Assembly (NCBI GenBank): GCA_958009085.1
Contig: OY253671.1
Span: 1,426,001 to 1,490,000 of the forward strand
Direction: 5' to 3'
Length of the DNA: 64,000 nt
Origin: Protoeuglena noctilucae
Taxonomy: Eukaryota
The notes below the pieces were generated by a model, which saw only the letters and a list, made by a program, of their open reading frames with translations, did not search any database and was not told the DNA's origin. The position numbers were made by a program, and so were the translations under genes. Position 1 is the stretch's first letter. Each line of letters begins with the position of its first letter. This document shows positions 12,501 to 27,700 of this stretch, piece after piece.

Positions 12501-15500
12501 AGGACTGGCAATGCTCGTTGCCACGCGGCAGGTCGTTCACAGGCTGGTGGAGGGCACACCAGGTACGGCTCAGTCCATGCGCCACGATGCTGGGCCGGAG
12601 CGATTCGTAAAAGCAAGTCTGCTCACAACATCCTTGCACCACTGCTACCGTCCTGATGCGTAGGTGCCCCTCCGCCAGGCCTCCTCGTGGCGGACGTGGT
12701 GGACAACGAGGGCGACGATGTCTCTGCCGACGTTTTCTGGCGCCTGGGGGAATGGTCTGACATGTGGCAGGCGCACCGCCCGTTGCCCGCGGGGGGGGTC
12801 ACGTTCGTCAAGCTCATGTCGGCCGAGGGCGGGCCAGGGTCTTCCGAACAGCAGCGGTGGGCTCTGGCGCTCAGCGAGGTGGTCAAGCGCGCGTCCATCG
12901 CGTCGCAGTCTGGCTTTTCGCAACTGTTTGAGCACTGTGCAGCGGTCGTGAGGCACCCACCGAGGGAGGGACCGCTGGCGCTGGCGCACTGGCGTACCTG
13001 CGCCGGGCTGTGCACGGCGCTTTTGCACCACTCGGGCGCCGGCAGCCGTGACTCGATGCAGCAGGCAAGAGCGTAGGCCTGGATTCGTGTGCTACCTGCA
13101 TTGCAATTGTTCCATGTGTCACGCCAGGTGGAGTGACTTGCTGCAGGTCGTTGGGTGGCTCAGGGATGCGGCGCTGGCTGATGCTGACAAGACCAAAGGG
13201 GCGGCGGAGACGGAGGCGATGCGGGAGGCAGCAGTATGGGCGCTTGGATCAGCGTGGCCGGGGGCTGCGGAACTCGTTCTTCTGTCCTTGGTAAGGCCTA
13301 GTGTGACAGGTCTTGCATTCCGTTCTTCCGAGGAGCTTTATGTTTGCGTTACAAACAACGCGACGCTAATGTCCTGTCGATGCAGCCGTCGACGCTGGAG
13401 GTCGAGGACAAGCGGTCCATGTGGGGCCGGTCCAAGCGCAACGCTGCTCGCCTCGCCCACGCCGACATTGTGCGGCTTCTTGCGGTCTCCTTGCCACCCG
13501 GCACGGTCCGCGCGCAGCAGGCCGTGGCAACGTACTTGGACCTCTTTCTGCGAAGCGCACTTGAGATCCTCACGCGTCCCCTCGAATCCCTTGACGACGA
13601 GCTCTCGCTCAGGTACACAGTCGCGACTATCCTGCGGTCATGTGCGGTCGAGCTCGTTGGGGCGGCGGCGGATGTGCCGGAGCGCCGGGCCTGGTTAATG
13701 CGCGAGCGTCATGCTGGGCTTCTCGCCACCATGATGGCGTGGAGCGCTCAAGCAGGATCTGGGCCGGCGGGGTTGGTGGAAGACGGATGCGATGCACGCG
13801 TCTCGACAGCGTTCCAGGCCAATGCGCGCCTGGCGGTACCGCCAGCGGATGAGGCTGGCCTGCCAGATCAGACCGAGCTCAGGTGCGGGCAAAAGTTGGT
13901 CTCTCGTTTTTTTCTATGCTAGCGCACGCGCATGTGTTGTGGGCAACTCCTATGCCGGCTATGTGCAGGTGGAGTTACGTGGGTGTCGCAGCGCAGCTGG
14001 CGACTGCGCAGCTCATGGACAGTGGCCCAGGCGGAGACGGGAGCGTCAAGGCTGGCAAAGCGAAGGCCGGGGGAGGAGATGCGCCGGCCATCGGTGAGCT
14101 GATGTCATTTACATAATCATGACCTGTCCGACATGCATGCCATGGAAGCGTTTGGGTCGTGCTTTGTCAAGAACATCATTCGTTTATCCTACCCGCAGAT
14201 ATGCCTCGGTGTCTCACGTGGATTGACCAGATGATGGCAACAGCAACGCGTATGCAGGGGACATTGACGACAGCGGAAGCAGCAAGAGTGGTAAGGGGGC
14301 AGACAGTACACGAGAGGCTGTAGCCAACGGGTGTCGACACAGGTGCTTTGTTCAACACCACGCTTCTCCCTTTGCTGCAGCCACCGCAGGGCAGGCCTCA
14401 TCTTGCGAACACGTTGCACGCCCCTTCTCCAGCCAGCATAGGTGAGCAACGCAATAAGATCTGGTACGCTGAGGCGAGCACTGAGGTTGCTGTAGGAATG
14501 ACGCTCTCGCTCTCGCCTTGCAGCACGGCACGCCCTTCAAAACCTCCTCCGCTCTCGGTGGCGGGACGTGCTGCCAGGTGCCGTGGAGCGCTGCTACGCA
14601 GAGGAGCCTGCTATTGCCAACCGGTACTTCTCCGTACTTACGGAGACGGTGGCTGCTATGGAAGTTCCGTGCGAGGTGACTAGAGCGCGATTCTTGACAG
14701 CACGCTTCACGCTGACTATCTAAGGCTCATGCTTCTGTTGCTTGGCGCTTTCGCAGCCCCACGTCATGCTCCCCTTGATGCTGTACAAGCTCGTGGACCC
14801 CACCCCGTCCGTGCGTGATGACGCGGTGCACCTGTGGTACGAGCTCATCCGCAAGTTCTGGAACGATGACGACCCCCAGGAAAGGCAGGCTTGGCAACGA
14901 ATAGTGCTCGATGCGCATTGCCTGTGATGCTGGCGGAACAGGTTGGCCGTGGACGTTGCGCCAACGTTGCACCCACTGTCCTTGCAGGTGGACGCAGCGG
15001 AGGAGCAGTCGCGCACCGTGGTGGGCACGCTGCAGGAGTCCTACCTGCGCTTGCAGTACGACCTCTCCAAGATCATCGCGCAGCACCACACCGACCTAAC
15101 GGAGGTCCGGGTTGCGCTGCTGTTGCAAATGTCCGGCGTGCCTGCGCTTTGCACACGGCAGTGTCTTTTGTCCTGCGCAGGCTCTGGTACTGGAGATGCT
15201 TCGCCGCCAGGCGCAATCGCGGGACTTGATTGCGCAGCACCGCTTTCTCGTGTGCCTGACGCCGTGGATGGAGAACATCACCTTGCCGCTGCGATGGGAG
15301 GGCGCCAAGACGCTCCTGGGGGAGATGTACAGCGCGACGGAGGCCCGGGGGAACCATTTTAGCCACGAGGCAAGTTAAGCTTCAAGCTAAGCTGTGTGTG
15401 AGCTGTTCCAGAGCATGCTGGGTCGCCAGGGCCATCGTCCTTGGATTGCAGGTGGAGCGGCTTTGGAAGGCTGTGGGGGAGAGAAGGGACAACCTTGGGC

Positions 15501-18339
15501 CGGTGCTCGAGTTTGTGCTCTGGAAGGGGCAGGTGAGCCTGCTGGATGGGCAAACACGACCTGTGCCGCGAGAATGGGCTATGAACATTGACACTGTGTA
15601 AACAGCATAACGGCTTACAACTGACCTCAGGAGTCCAGCGTGGATCCTTCGCGTTTGTCAGCCTACTTTGGAGTGGCGAAGCGCATTTGTCTGTACCTGT
15701 CTCGGGCAGACAAAGAGAGCAACCGGGCGCCGGAGACAATTAACCGGCTTGTCGACGAGTACATGTACCGCATCTTGGTGAGCGAGATGCAAGCTAGCGA
15801 GGCGAAGCCAGATCCCACCAACCCCACGCTGACCGACAGCCGCTGCTTCTTCCCCTGTCTGCAGCGAGAGCGGGGTGTTGCCTCCGACGCCGCCCCCGTT
15901 GGGGAGGCGCTGGTGATGCCAGGCTGCGAGCGCCCCATCCTGGCGGGGGCCGTTATCCGCCGCGATGCAACCCTCCTGGTCCCTGAGCTGGCGCTGTGCC
16001 TCTTGAGCGAAGTGGCGTACGAGGCGACGAGCGAGCTCCTCGAGCACGTTCCCAAACTCCTTCACATCGCCGTCGTCTGCATGGACAGCCCCTCCACCCC
16101 CGTTCAGCAGCATGCCCAGCAACTCCTTCTCAACCTGGTGTTCAGCGTGCACACGCGCGTCGAGGGGCTCGGAGATATGCGCAGCTACGCTAAGGCCACC
16201 GCCCTCATCGCCTATCTTCAGTCCGCCAACGGACGCCGCCTCGTTCCCACTGAGGCTCCGGACCTGGACTTGTACCTCCGTGGTGCTCGCTCTGCCTCCG
16301 AAGTAAGCATTGTTTGGGTGCCGGCGCGACCATCGGTGAGGCGTGGAAGACAACTGACTGTTCCTGCTGCTTTTTGTCTGCAGTCAGCCATCCAGGGACT
16401 TGTCTCCCTCGCTGTCGAGTCCATGCCACCGACGCTCAATGCGGCCGCTGCCTGGGCCAGCGTCGCAATGGAATGGGTCCGGGGATGCGCCTCTCGCCAC
16501 CTGGCCTTCCGGTCGCTCCAGGTCCTGAAAGCCCTCCGACCTGAGCTCTCCGTGCAAATGCTCGCCGACCTTATCCACTGCCTGGCCGCCGCTTGCGCCG
16601 TGCCATCGCGGTGGGCTTTGGCCCTGGCGTGCGAGATTAAACTCATCGTGCACGAAGCAGTGATGGCTCAAGAGCCGTCCAAGCTGCTGGTGAGTTGCAG
16701 CTGACTGGGAAGTTACTTGATGCGGAGCTCTAACTGTGCTGAACTGCTTTGCGTCCGCTCGCTTCCACAGCTCTTCCCCCAGCTTTTCTGGGTGTCCATG
16801 GCCGAGATGGGCAGCGTCCACGCGCACGTGTTCCACATGGGCGCCGTCACCTGCACCCGCCTGTTGGGAATCCTTTACGTCAGCCTTGAGAAGGTCCAAA
16901 ACGTCCTTTTGGTGAGGAAGGACCTGTGCTAAACGTCATGGCACCACATCAGCGCTGTCCTTGGCCAGCTTTTGGAAACGCTTGTTCCCCAACCACATCG
17001 CAGTCGTCCATGCCCATGCAAGTGGGGTCTGGCCGCGAAGCCCTCGGAGCCATCGTGCCCTCCCTGGTCCGCGGCCTCGCCTGTCCATCCACGGAAGTCC
17101 AACAGTCTGCCCTCGCCATGTGCTGCGCCTTCATCCCGCCCCTCTTTTCAGGTAAACCATCTTCGATTGCGCGGCATGCAGTGCAAATGCACGGGCGCAG
17201 AGAACCGCACCGCGTCTCCCCATTCCCAGCCTCGGCGCGTCAAGATCTCTTCTACCGATGCACCCCGCATCTCTGCGCAATGCTCGTGTCCTTGTGCGCG
17301 TGGATGTGCGCCGCGGAGCTCTCCGGCTCCGCCCCGGCTGTGGCCGTGGACACCCTTCACCGCACTTTCGGCGCTTGCCCTGACACCAAGCTCAGGTGCG
17401 ACTGGTGCATGGAAGGTACACAGAAATGGCTCATTCGCTGCCTGACCAGTGACATCTTCTGATGCCTTCCCTGCAGCATGAGCGTCGTGCCGACCCTCGT
17501 GTCCCTGGTCGACGCACTCGAGTCGAGGCGGCAGGTGCACGAGCGCTCCGTGTCACGCAAGGGCTCCACCTCCCCCGCGCACCACAACCGGCCCAGCTCG
17601 CCACCGTCGGTCAGCAGCTTCAGTCGCACTGCTGCGCGGGATGGCGCCGAGTTCCAGGCTAGGCTCCGAGTGGCACTCGAGGACATCTGCAGCGCCTTTC
17701 TGCCGGACCCAGGCGAGTAGCTCTGACTTCCAGGGATGTCACAACACAGCCGTCATCCTTCTCGGTTACCCGAGACCGAAGAAGTCCCACAGCCGCGTCT
17801 GCAGGCGCTGAACTGCAGTCGGCATCCCTGGAAGGCGAGACGGCGGGCGTCATCCTGTCCAGCCTCCACCTGCTTTTGGCGCATGGCCGAGAGGACATTC
17901 GAAGAGGCGCCTTGGTGACAGCGCGGGAGGGCGTCCCCGTCAGTCGGTGGCTGGCAGGGCATGGGCAGGTCCAAGGCCTGGTGGAGGCGGCCCTCGCTGT
18001 GCCCGTGGGTCTGCAGGTGCGCGCGAGGGGCGGGCGCAGAAAGGAGGTGACTTTCAGTGTCGGTTGTGCAAACGATGCTGCCACCCTGTCCGATGCCTGC
18101 AGGAGGAAGCGCTGTCCCTTCTGCACGTGCTCATCACCCTGACCGGCCCCAGCCAGGGGGACGGCCTTCGAAGCGCTTCCGAGACGATTGCATGGGCGCA
18201 GGGTCAGGACCTGGTCGCCCAGGATCTCCACAACGTGTTGCGGACCTTCCCGGGCAGCAAGTACGTGGTGCAGGACACTGCCATGCATTGCATCCGCGAG
18301 GACCGGGGAGCGCCCTCGCCACCTTCTCGCGACCCCTGA
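9581..18339 (+). CDS. FRY: Furry/Tao3/Mor2-like HEAT/ARM-repeat scaffold (cell morphogenesis protein), more than 20 exons
   Basis: Conserved blocks YFGVAKRICLYLSR..PETINRLVDE, LCLLSEVAYE...HVPKLLHIAVVCMDSPSTPVQQHAQQLLLNL, WASVAMEWVRGCASRHLAFRSLQVLKALRP, FPQLFWVSMAEMGSVHAHVF; ~8.7 kb intron-rich span. Confidence 0.8.
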
Positions 18340-18491
18340 TGTGGCAGTGAAGATGCACTGCCTTTTCTGCTCCGCGAAACCTAGTCACCCTCTACGGCAA
18401 GTCCGCCCCTCCTTAGTGCTCTCCCTATCGGATCCTCGTCGGGAACCGTTCCTCTTCAGTAGATTCAACGGTGTGGTGAACTCGCAACGCT

Positions 18492-20067
18492 TCACATGTT
18501 GGCCTCTGCCGGGGTCTTTGTGTCAAGAGCGAGCGCATGGATGGACCCCCGCATCTCCTCCGCTAGCGCGGCGTAGATCATCCTGTGGCGCTGCACCATG
18601 GTCTTGGACTCAAACGCCGGCGACACGACCGTCAGGCGGAAGTGTGTCTCCGTGCCAGCGCCTGCCTTCCCGAGCCCTTGCATCATGTGCACGTGTCCCG
18701 CGTGCTTATCCGACTCGTCCACGATGTCGAGCCTGCAACAAAGGTAATGAAAGGGTCAGGGCGCTCAAGGAGTGGCCATGAGGAGCCACAGAGGTGCGGC
18801 GGCACATGCAGAGACGGTGGCGGCACCTAATCGGCTGCAGGGCCTCTGTGAGCTTGCGGCGGATGGCGGCCCGCACAGGCTTGTCAGAGTCCGTCGCCAC
18901 GCCGGCTGCGTTGGCGGCGGCCAGGACGTGGAACGCCATCACGCGCGCCCCCGCGCTGGACGGACACCCGGGTCCGCTCGACTCCTCCTGGCCAACATCT
19001 CCATCCTGCGTTGGCGACAGACGTCGTGCCGTGGGAACGAGCCGTGCGGCGTCCCTTCTGTGGCCACCCATCGATGCGAGCCCCGTCTCGCCTGTTTGCT
19101 TTGCTGGACGAGCAGCTCCAGGGACTTGCGCTGCATGAGCTTGAACATGTTTAGGAAGCCGTTGTTGCGCGAGGGAGTCAGCGCCTGCGTCAGCCCCAGC
19201 ATGTCGATGAAGGACGGGTCGATCCGCACGATCTCCTCCGGCGTGCACCCACTGAGGCCGTTGACCAGCAAAGCCGCAAGGCCTTTCGTGAGCTGCGAGT
19301 CCGAGTCGGCTGCCCACTGCACGCGGCCATCCGCGTCCACCCGTGGCACCACCCACACCTGGGACACACACCCCTGCACCTTGTTCTGCGCGTGTAGGGA
19401 TGGGGGCAGGGGGTTGCCGGATGACGACGAGATCGAGAAGAGGGAGGCGATATCGATGAATCAGCAGAGAGGCTAGCCAGGTGGCGATAGGGCTGTCCAG
19501 ACGCAGCGAGGCTCAGCTCACCTCGGGGATGTGATCCTCCGGGGGCAGCGGCGCCAGCTTCGTGGCGAAGAAAAGCAACTGCTTGTACCGGGCCATGGGA
19601 TCAGGGACCATCTGGAAAGCACCCACGATTTTCTGGAGCGACGGCGGGAGACTCGCGACGTCCTGCGCCGCCGCGCACACCACGGGTAGCTGCAGAGACG
19701 GCAAGGGAGGAGCTAGCTGGCATGATAACGGCGCCGAGCGTCGTCATCGCATAAAACGATTCCATATAAAGCGAAACGGCTGATTTTTCGCGATGTATCA
19801 TCCCTGACGAGTGCAGGACGACCCCAGCGATGGACGCACAGCGGCACGGGCCTATCGAGGCTGGATTGTTCACACCTTGCGGGTCGCGGGAGGATGTAAA
19901 GCCACCCCGATGCTCGGAGAGCTGGAAACTCTCGCGCCGCGCCCCCAGCTCGATCCGCAAGCTGCCGCGGGGGCCCTCCACGTCCGGCCGGCCATCGGGT
20001 CGCGCGCAGCCGCGCAAACAGCACGCGGCCGCGCCGAGAAGCACGTGTGCTGCGTCGCGAGGGCCAT
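18492..20067 (-). CDS. SUFE1: SufE1: plastid Fe-S assembly SufE domain plus C-terminal BolA domain
   Basis: Transit peptide MALATQHTCFSARPRAV; SufE motifs VPDPMARYKQLLFFA, NKVQGCVSQVWV, DSDSQLTKGLAALL, LTPSRNNGFLNM; BolA motifs DESDKHAGH...ETHFRLTVVSPAFE...VQRHRMIY...IHALALDTKTP; 5 exons. Confidence 0.93.
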
Positions 20068-20489
20068 GTCGTCCACAGGCGTGCCCCGCAGGCAGGCCCG
20101 TCTGCGGAACAGATAAGCGGTCTTGCCGCAGCCGCTGGCGCCCCTCGACCGTGTCACGCAATCCAAAGGACAGCCCGCGTCCGCTTAGGATGATTCTGCT
20201 GAATGTCTGGCCGTGCTTGCCTGCAAACGCGATGCGACCTCCCGGCTGCGTCTGACGCCAGCCGGCCACGTTTCATGGAGTGAGCAGGGTCCCCTGGTCC
20301 ACCCAACGCTAGCCCTCTGTCCCCAGTCTCCTACTCGGAACTTTGCAGGTGGTGCACTTGCTCGCCGGGGGGGTTGCTCGCCGCTGGGACCTCGGACTGG
20401 AAGCTAACAACGCGTAGCTTGAGTGTCGCTGGGCCTTTCCGCTACCCCGGCACTCGCCGCCCGGCGCTGTTTGACATACGCACGGGCGA

Positions 20490-21992
20490 ATGATGACCGG
20501 GAACACATCCGACATAGCCAAGCGCCTCAGCTTTGGCGACACCATGAGGCAGGGCATCGAGGAGGCCGTCCTGCGGGACATGACGGGCATCATCAACGCA
20601 TCCGAGCATCCGTCGTTGGATGACGTTCTGCGGTGCGTTGGATGCGCCCCAAGACTCCCTGGCGTGGCTGCTTGCCTCGCGCCGTCCATGACAAGCGAGC
20701 GAGGGAACCCCGCCCTTCCGCAGGACGGTGGGAGCGCTGGAGAAAACGGTGCAGGATCGTTTCGACAAAGTCAAAGAAGCGGCAGTCACCTCCGCGCCGG
20801 GGAACGGGGAGAGCGACGTGCGCCGGCTGCGCCGTCAGTTCAAGAGCATGAAGAGCACTTTCATCCAACACGACGTCAAGGAGTCCTTCCTGGAGGCTCT
20901 GCAGCAGGGACGACCCTGCCCTGAGGTAATGCATCTCGCCGCGGGAGGTTTCATCGGGTGCGCCAACTCCCAGGCAGCGGTCCCTGTGTACGCCATCCGC
21001 ATCCTCCCTGGTGGTCCTGCAGGAGGAGCAGTTTCTCGCCCAGTACCAGGACGAGGTGGACCAGTACGAGAAGCACCTCAAAGTGCAGAAAGCCACGAAC
21101 GCCACCCTGCGCGAGGAGGTGCAGGAGTTGATAAGCCGCGTGTGCGCCGCTCGCGAGGTGAGTGGAAAGTGGCGGGGCCCGGACAGAGCGCCCTTTGCAT
21201 CTTGCTTGCGAGCAGCAGCGAGTCTTGCCCTCTGCCGCTGCAGTCGCTGGCGGCCAAGCTGCACCAGGTCCGGGGGGAGGTGCAGGCAGTGCGCCGCGAG
21301 GCAGAGGCGCACGAGCAGCGGCGTCAATCCGCGGCGCCGAGTCTCGCGGACCCGTCGGTGGACGAAGAGGAATGCCGCATGCTGATTGCCCGCCGCGTGG
21401 ACGAGGCGCGAGGCACCGAGGAGGCCATCGCCGACACCGGGGCCCGGGCCCGGGAACTGGAGGCGGCCATCGCTCGGGCCGAGGACGAGGCCGCGGGGCT
21501 GGAGATGGAGCTGCAGCGCGCGCGTGCTGCGGGGACGAGACGCCGGGCCGAGGAGGGCCGAGCGGCACAGGTGACAGCTGGGCGGGAGACTGCGTGTCAG
21601 AGGCGGGCCAGGGCTCAGCGATGCGGACCGTGCTTTGCGCTCTTTGGGTGCAGGACAACGACACGGAGGCAGTGCTGCAGGCCATGTGCTCCGTGCTCAG
21701 CGACCTGGGGGGTCTGCGCGTGGTGAGCGCGACCGACGAGCGTGTGGTGGTGGCCATCACGACGCTTGAGGGGCCCGGGGACGACGCCGTCGGCGGCCTC
21801 GTGTCGGCTGTGAAACCCCGGGTTGCCGAGCACACGCTCGCCGTGGAGCTGCATGGCAGGGCGCCCGTGGGGGTGACCCTGACCCCACCCACGGTCGATG
21901 TCGCCCCGGCGCTGGAGGTGGCACGCGGGGACGCGCGGGGGACGCAGCTGCTCGTGCAGAGGGTCATGGAGGCCCTTGCGCAGGGCCGCTAG
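20490..21992 (+). CDS. Coiled-coil protein resembling kinetochore Sos7/Kre28/Zwint-1 (5 exons)
   Basis: RRQFKSMKSTFIQHDVKESFLEAL resembles the Sos7-type F.KL+F.Y.EQ.TKE.FL motif, followed by a long coiled coil and a C-terminal beta-rich RWD-like region. GT-AG introns join in frame. Confidence 0.5.
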
Positions 21993-22148
21993 GACGCACG
22001 CGCGCTTGGTTTTGCTTGAACAAGGCCGCACGGCTCTTGAGGGCGAGAAGGCACGTGTCTATCGAACGTGTTGGAGGCGAAATGTTCGCGCAAGCGCCCA
22101 GGCCCCGCGGGGAAGCTCCAGGGAGCACATGTCTGAACGCGGCAGGCG

Positions 22149-24319
<2,171 letters not shown>

Positions 24320-24759
24320 CGCCCCCGTACCCTATCCCCGGACAGCCCGAAGAGGAAGAAGAGCTCCAGGGATGCCACCCCCGGCCGACCGCGGCCTGCG
24401 ATGCGTGCTGGCGACGATCTCTCGCGCTGTGCTGCCGATGATGCAATCCGAGGACGCGGACAGGTGGCGTTACTGCAGAGGAATCGCGGGGTGGACGGCA
24501 CGCGGGGGGATTTCCGCTTCCTCGACATGTCAGAAACACAAACTGTCAGAACGGACCTTCGCTGCGCCAAACCACGAAACGTTGGCAGCGCTTGCTCGCA
24601 TTCGCATCGAGTAGCGCTTCCAGGGTGGATGAGGGCGTAGAAGTAGTGTGGGAGGATATTTAGGAAAATAGATAGGGTTTGGGGACCGGAGGATAGGAAT
24701 AGCTCGCACGATCGACTTGACATTGCGCTGCGCTGCGCGGTCCCGACTCTTGGCCTATC

Positions 24760-27700
24760 ATGGCTCGAAGACGAGCGTGGGGGACCTCTCCCTCTTCGCC
24801 GCTCTTGTTCTTTTCTCTCATTTGCTGGCTGGCGCTCTGCGCTCTGTCCGAATGGTCGTCGGTGGACTTGGATGTGCGGCAAGGCGTGTCCATCTCGCTA
24901 GGCCGGTGAGATGCCGGCACACCCAAACATGCAAGGGACGAGTGCGGCCGGGCGGAGGAAGAATCCGCGAATCCCTTTGTCCAATCGCGCTTTCATCAGC
25001 TTCGCGCTCGCCTGGTCTCACAGCGCGACGGCGGAATCCAACGCCAGCACCGACGCCATCCAGTATGCGGGGACCGTCTGCGACGAGGCTGGGGAGTCCC
25101 CGCACACCGTCCTGCTGCGCCCCGACATGGAGGAAGTCACGCGGCAGGCGAAGCTCTCTTCCGCCGTAGACTCCAGCTACTTTGGCCCCGAATCCGTCGT
25201 CTCCGGTAAGCAGGATTGCGCCGCTGGTTCGCCGCAAAGGCATTGCTGCCCCCGGCGGGTCCGGGACGGTCGGCGCGCCCCGGCTCCCCGCAGCCTCTTT
25301 AACGCTGTGGATCAATCGGATGAGCGACACCTCGGACACTCTGGAGGTCTTCCGCAGCGCGGGGGACTGGGGCGCTGCCACTACCTACGTCGACGGAAAC
25401 GCTTGCTGTACGCCGGACAGGCTCCTAACAAGGGTCCCGCTGGCTGACGTGGCGCCAGACGACTGGCAGCGTCTGACTTTCGACGTGGCGACCGTGCTGC
25501 CAACGTGGATCAGGTGCGCCAGGGCTGCATGCATGCCCAGGGATGGGACACTGGAGTCACCCGCTCGCTTCCATGAATGCCTCCGCCTCCCTGCACGCAG
25601 CCATCCCCTGTCTGCGGGCTTTGTGCTGCGCGTGCAGCAGAGGCCGGGCACCGGGTGCGTCGACTCGCGCGTCGCTGTGGCGTCCTTCTACCAGCCCCCA
25701 GCCATGGGGGAGTACAAACCTGCGCTGCGCGGTACCGTGAGGGCAGATGGCGTGCCTCCGAAGGCCAGGGTGCTCTATCCAAGCGCCGCAACAGGTGGGG
25801 CGCCATCGCACCGGTGCCCGTGACGGGTAACGCGCAACTTCCACCGTCACAGTGCCACCCCGTGCTCCCTGCAGGGGGCTTTGTGTCTCGCGACGACGTG
25901 TGGCTGTACCTGGCTGTGGAGGAGCACGAGTCGGGGTTGTCCCACTTCGAGTGCGCCCTCTCCAACGACCCGGCGCAGCAATACCGCACATGTCCCGTGG
26001 ACCGGGACAACCCTCTCAAGATCAATCTCAAGAGCGTCAAGCTCCCGGCCGGGGCGTGGGTGCGTCGCTGCAAGGGCCGGCTGGGCGCGCCGTGCGCAGC
26101 TGCACCCTGCGTGTAGCACATCCACCTCGCGCCGGACCCCTCCTCGTAGTCGCTGCTGGTGCGGGCCGTGGACAGGGCCGGGAACCAGGGCTCCACGTTG
26201 TCGGTCCCCTTCAAGGTCGACGACACCTCGCCCGTGCTGCAGTTCATGTCGCCCCCCGCCTCCACGGTGTCTGGCAGCATCCTCTTACAGGTCAGGGCCC
26301 CTTGGGCGAAGCGGCGCCGTATGGCGAGGTGTGCACGGCTCACCTTTCAGAGCCACCCCCTCCGCAGATGACTGTGTCGGACACTCACAGCGGGGCGGGG
26401 CCAATCCACTGCGGGCTCAACCCCGCCGTGGACGTGGCGCCCGAGACGCTGTGGGGGAAGCTGGGCGAGTGCCCAGCCCAGATGTCCTACTCTAACCTGC
26501 CGCTGGGCCGACACGTGTTTGTAGCCGTCGCCACGGACAGGGCCGGCAACAAGTCCGCCGTCCTCAGGTGCGGGGGCAGAGACGATTGCAACACACAGCG
26601 TTGCTCCGGCATGCCGAGCTTGTGTACCACTGCCCCCGCCATCCGCCCCACCGTCGCAGGCACGAGTTCACGGTCAGCCGCGGCCCCGAGGGCCGCGTGG
26701 AGTTCCTGGAGGCGTCGCGCGAGGCCATGTCCTTCTGGGTGCACTTCACGGACCCGGTGGACTCCCTGGAGCCGCGCTGTGTGGTTGCCAACGTGGGGTT
26801 CATGATTGAGGGGTGGCTGGACGTGAAGGCCATGGAGAAGCTCGACGACGGCAAGGTGCGTGGGCTGCCTGGCCCGGCACGCGGCTTACCAGGGGGCATG
26901 GCGTGGGTGCCGGGTGGAGAGCGGCCTCTCGTCGCCCATCCCCGCAGAAGTGGTCCGTCCAGGGCGTGCCCGGGGCGCGCATCCTGCAGCACCTCGCCGC
27001 GGCTCCCGTCAGCGTGCTCGTCCAGCACCACTGCCTGGTGGCGAGGGCGGGCGGGCGCGTGGTGGCACATGGGGAGACGCCCATCCCGGTCGACCTGCGC
27101 CCCATCCAGTGCTCGGGGGCGGGCCCCGCTCACGCCGACCTCGGTCAGCCCTTCACGGCGCGCTTCGACGTGAGCAAGGCCGGCGTGGTCCCCGCCTCCC
27201 TCGAGCGTTTGCTGGTCGAGGCTTCGGCCGGGCAGGAGGCGGGGAGGGTGCTGGACATCAGGCGAGGGGGGCGGACGAGCGCCAGCATGCGAGCTTGCCC
27301 GCTGGCCCAGGAGAGGTCGGCCACGGCACCGCGTGTTGGGCCTCCACAGGGTCGAGGACCGGCAGGTGGTGGTGACGGCCGTGGCGCACGAGGCTGGGGA
27401 CGCGGTGGTCAAGCTTCTGCCCGGGTCTCTGGTGAGGGTGGCGCGTAGTGGACAAGCAGGCGACGCAGCGTGGGCTGTACTCTGCAACAACCGCACGACG
27501 CCCCCACCTCTTGCAGCTGGACAAGCTGGGCAACACCCTCAATGCCGACTGCGTGACGCGGCCCGTGACGGTGCACCGCGGGGGCCGCCTGTCGACGTCC
27601 TCCTCCGGCGTCCTGCACCTCGGCAACGTGGCGGGCTCGGCGGGGGTGGCCGTCCCGGGATCGCGGGTTGCCTCGCATCTCCTGGCGGCCTCGTTTGGGA

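Noticed and set aside
18492..20067. SufE-BolA fusion as a novelty
   Set aside because: This is the established plant/algal SUFE1 architecture.
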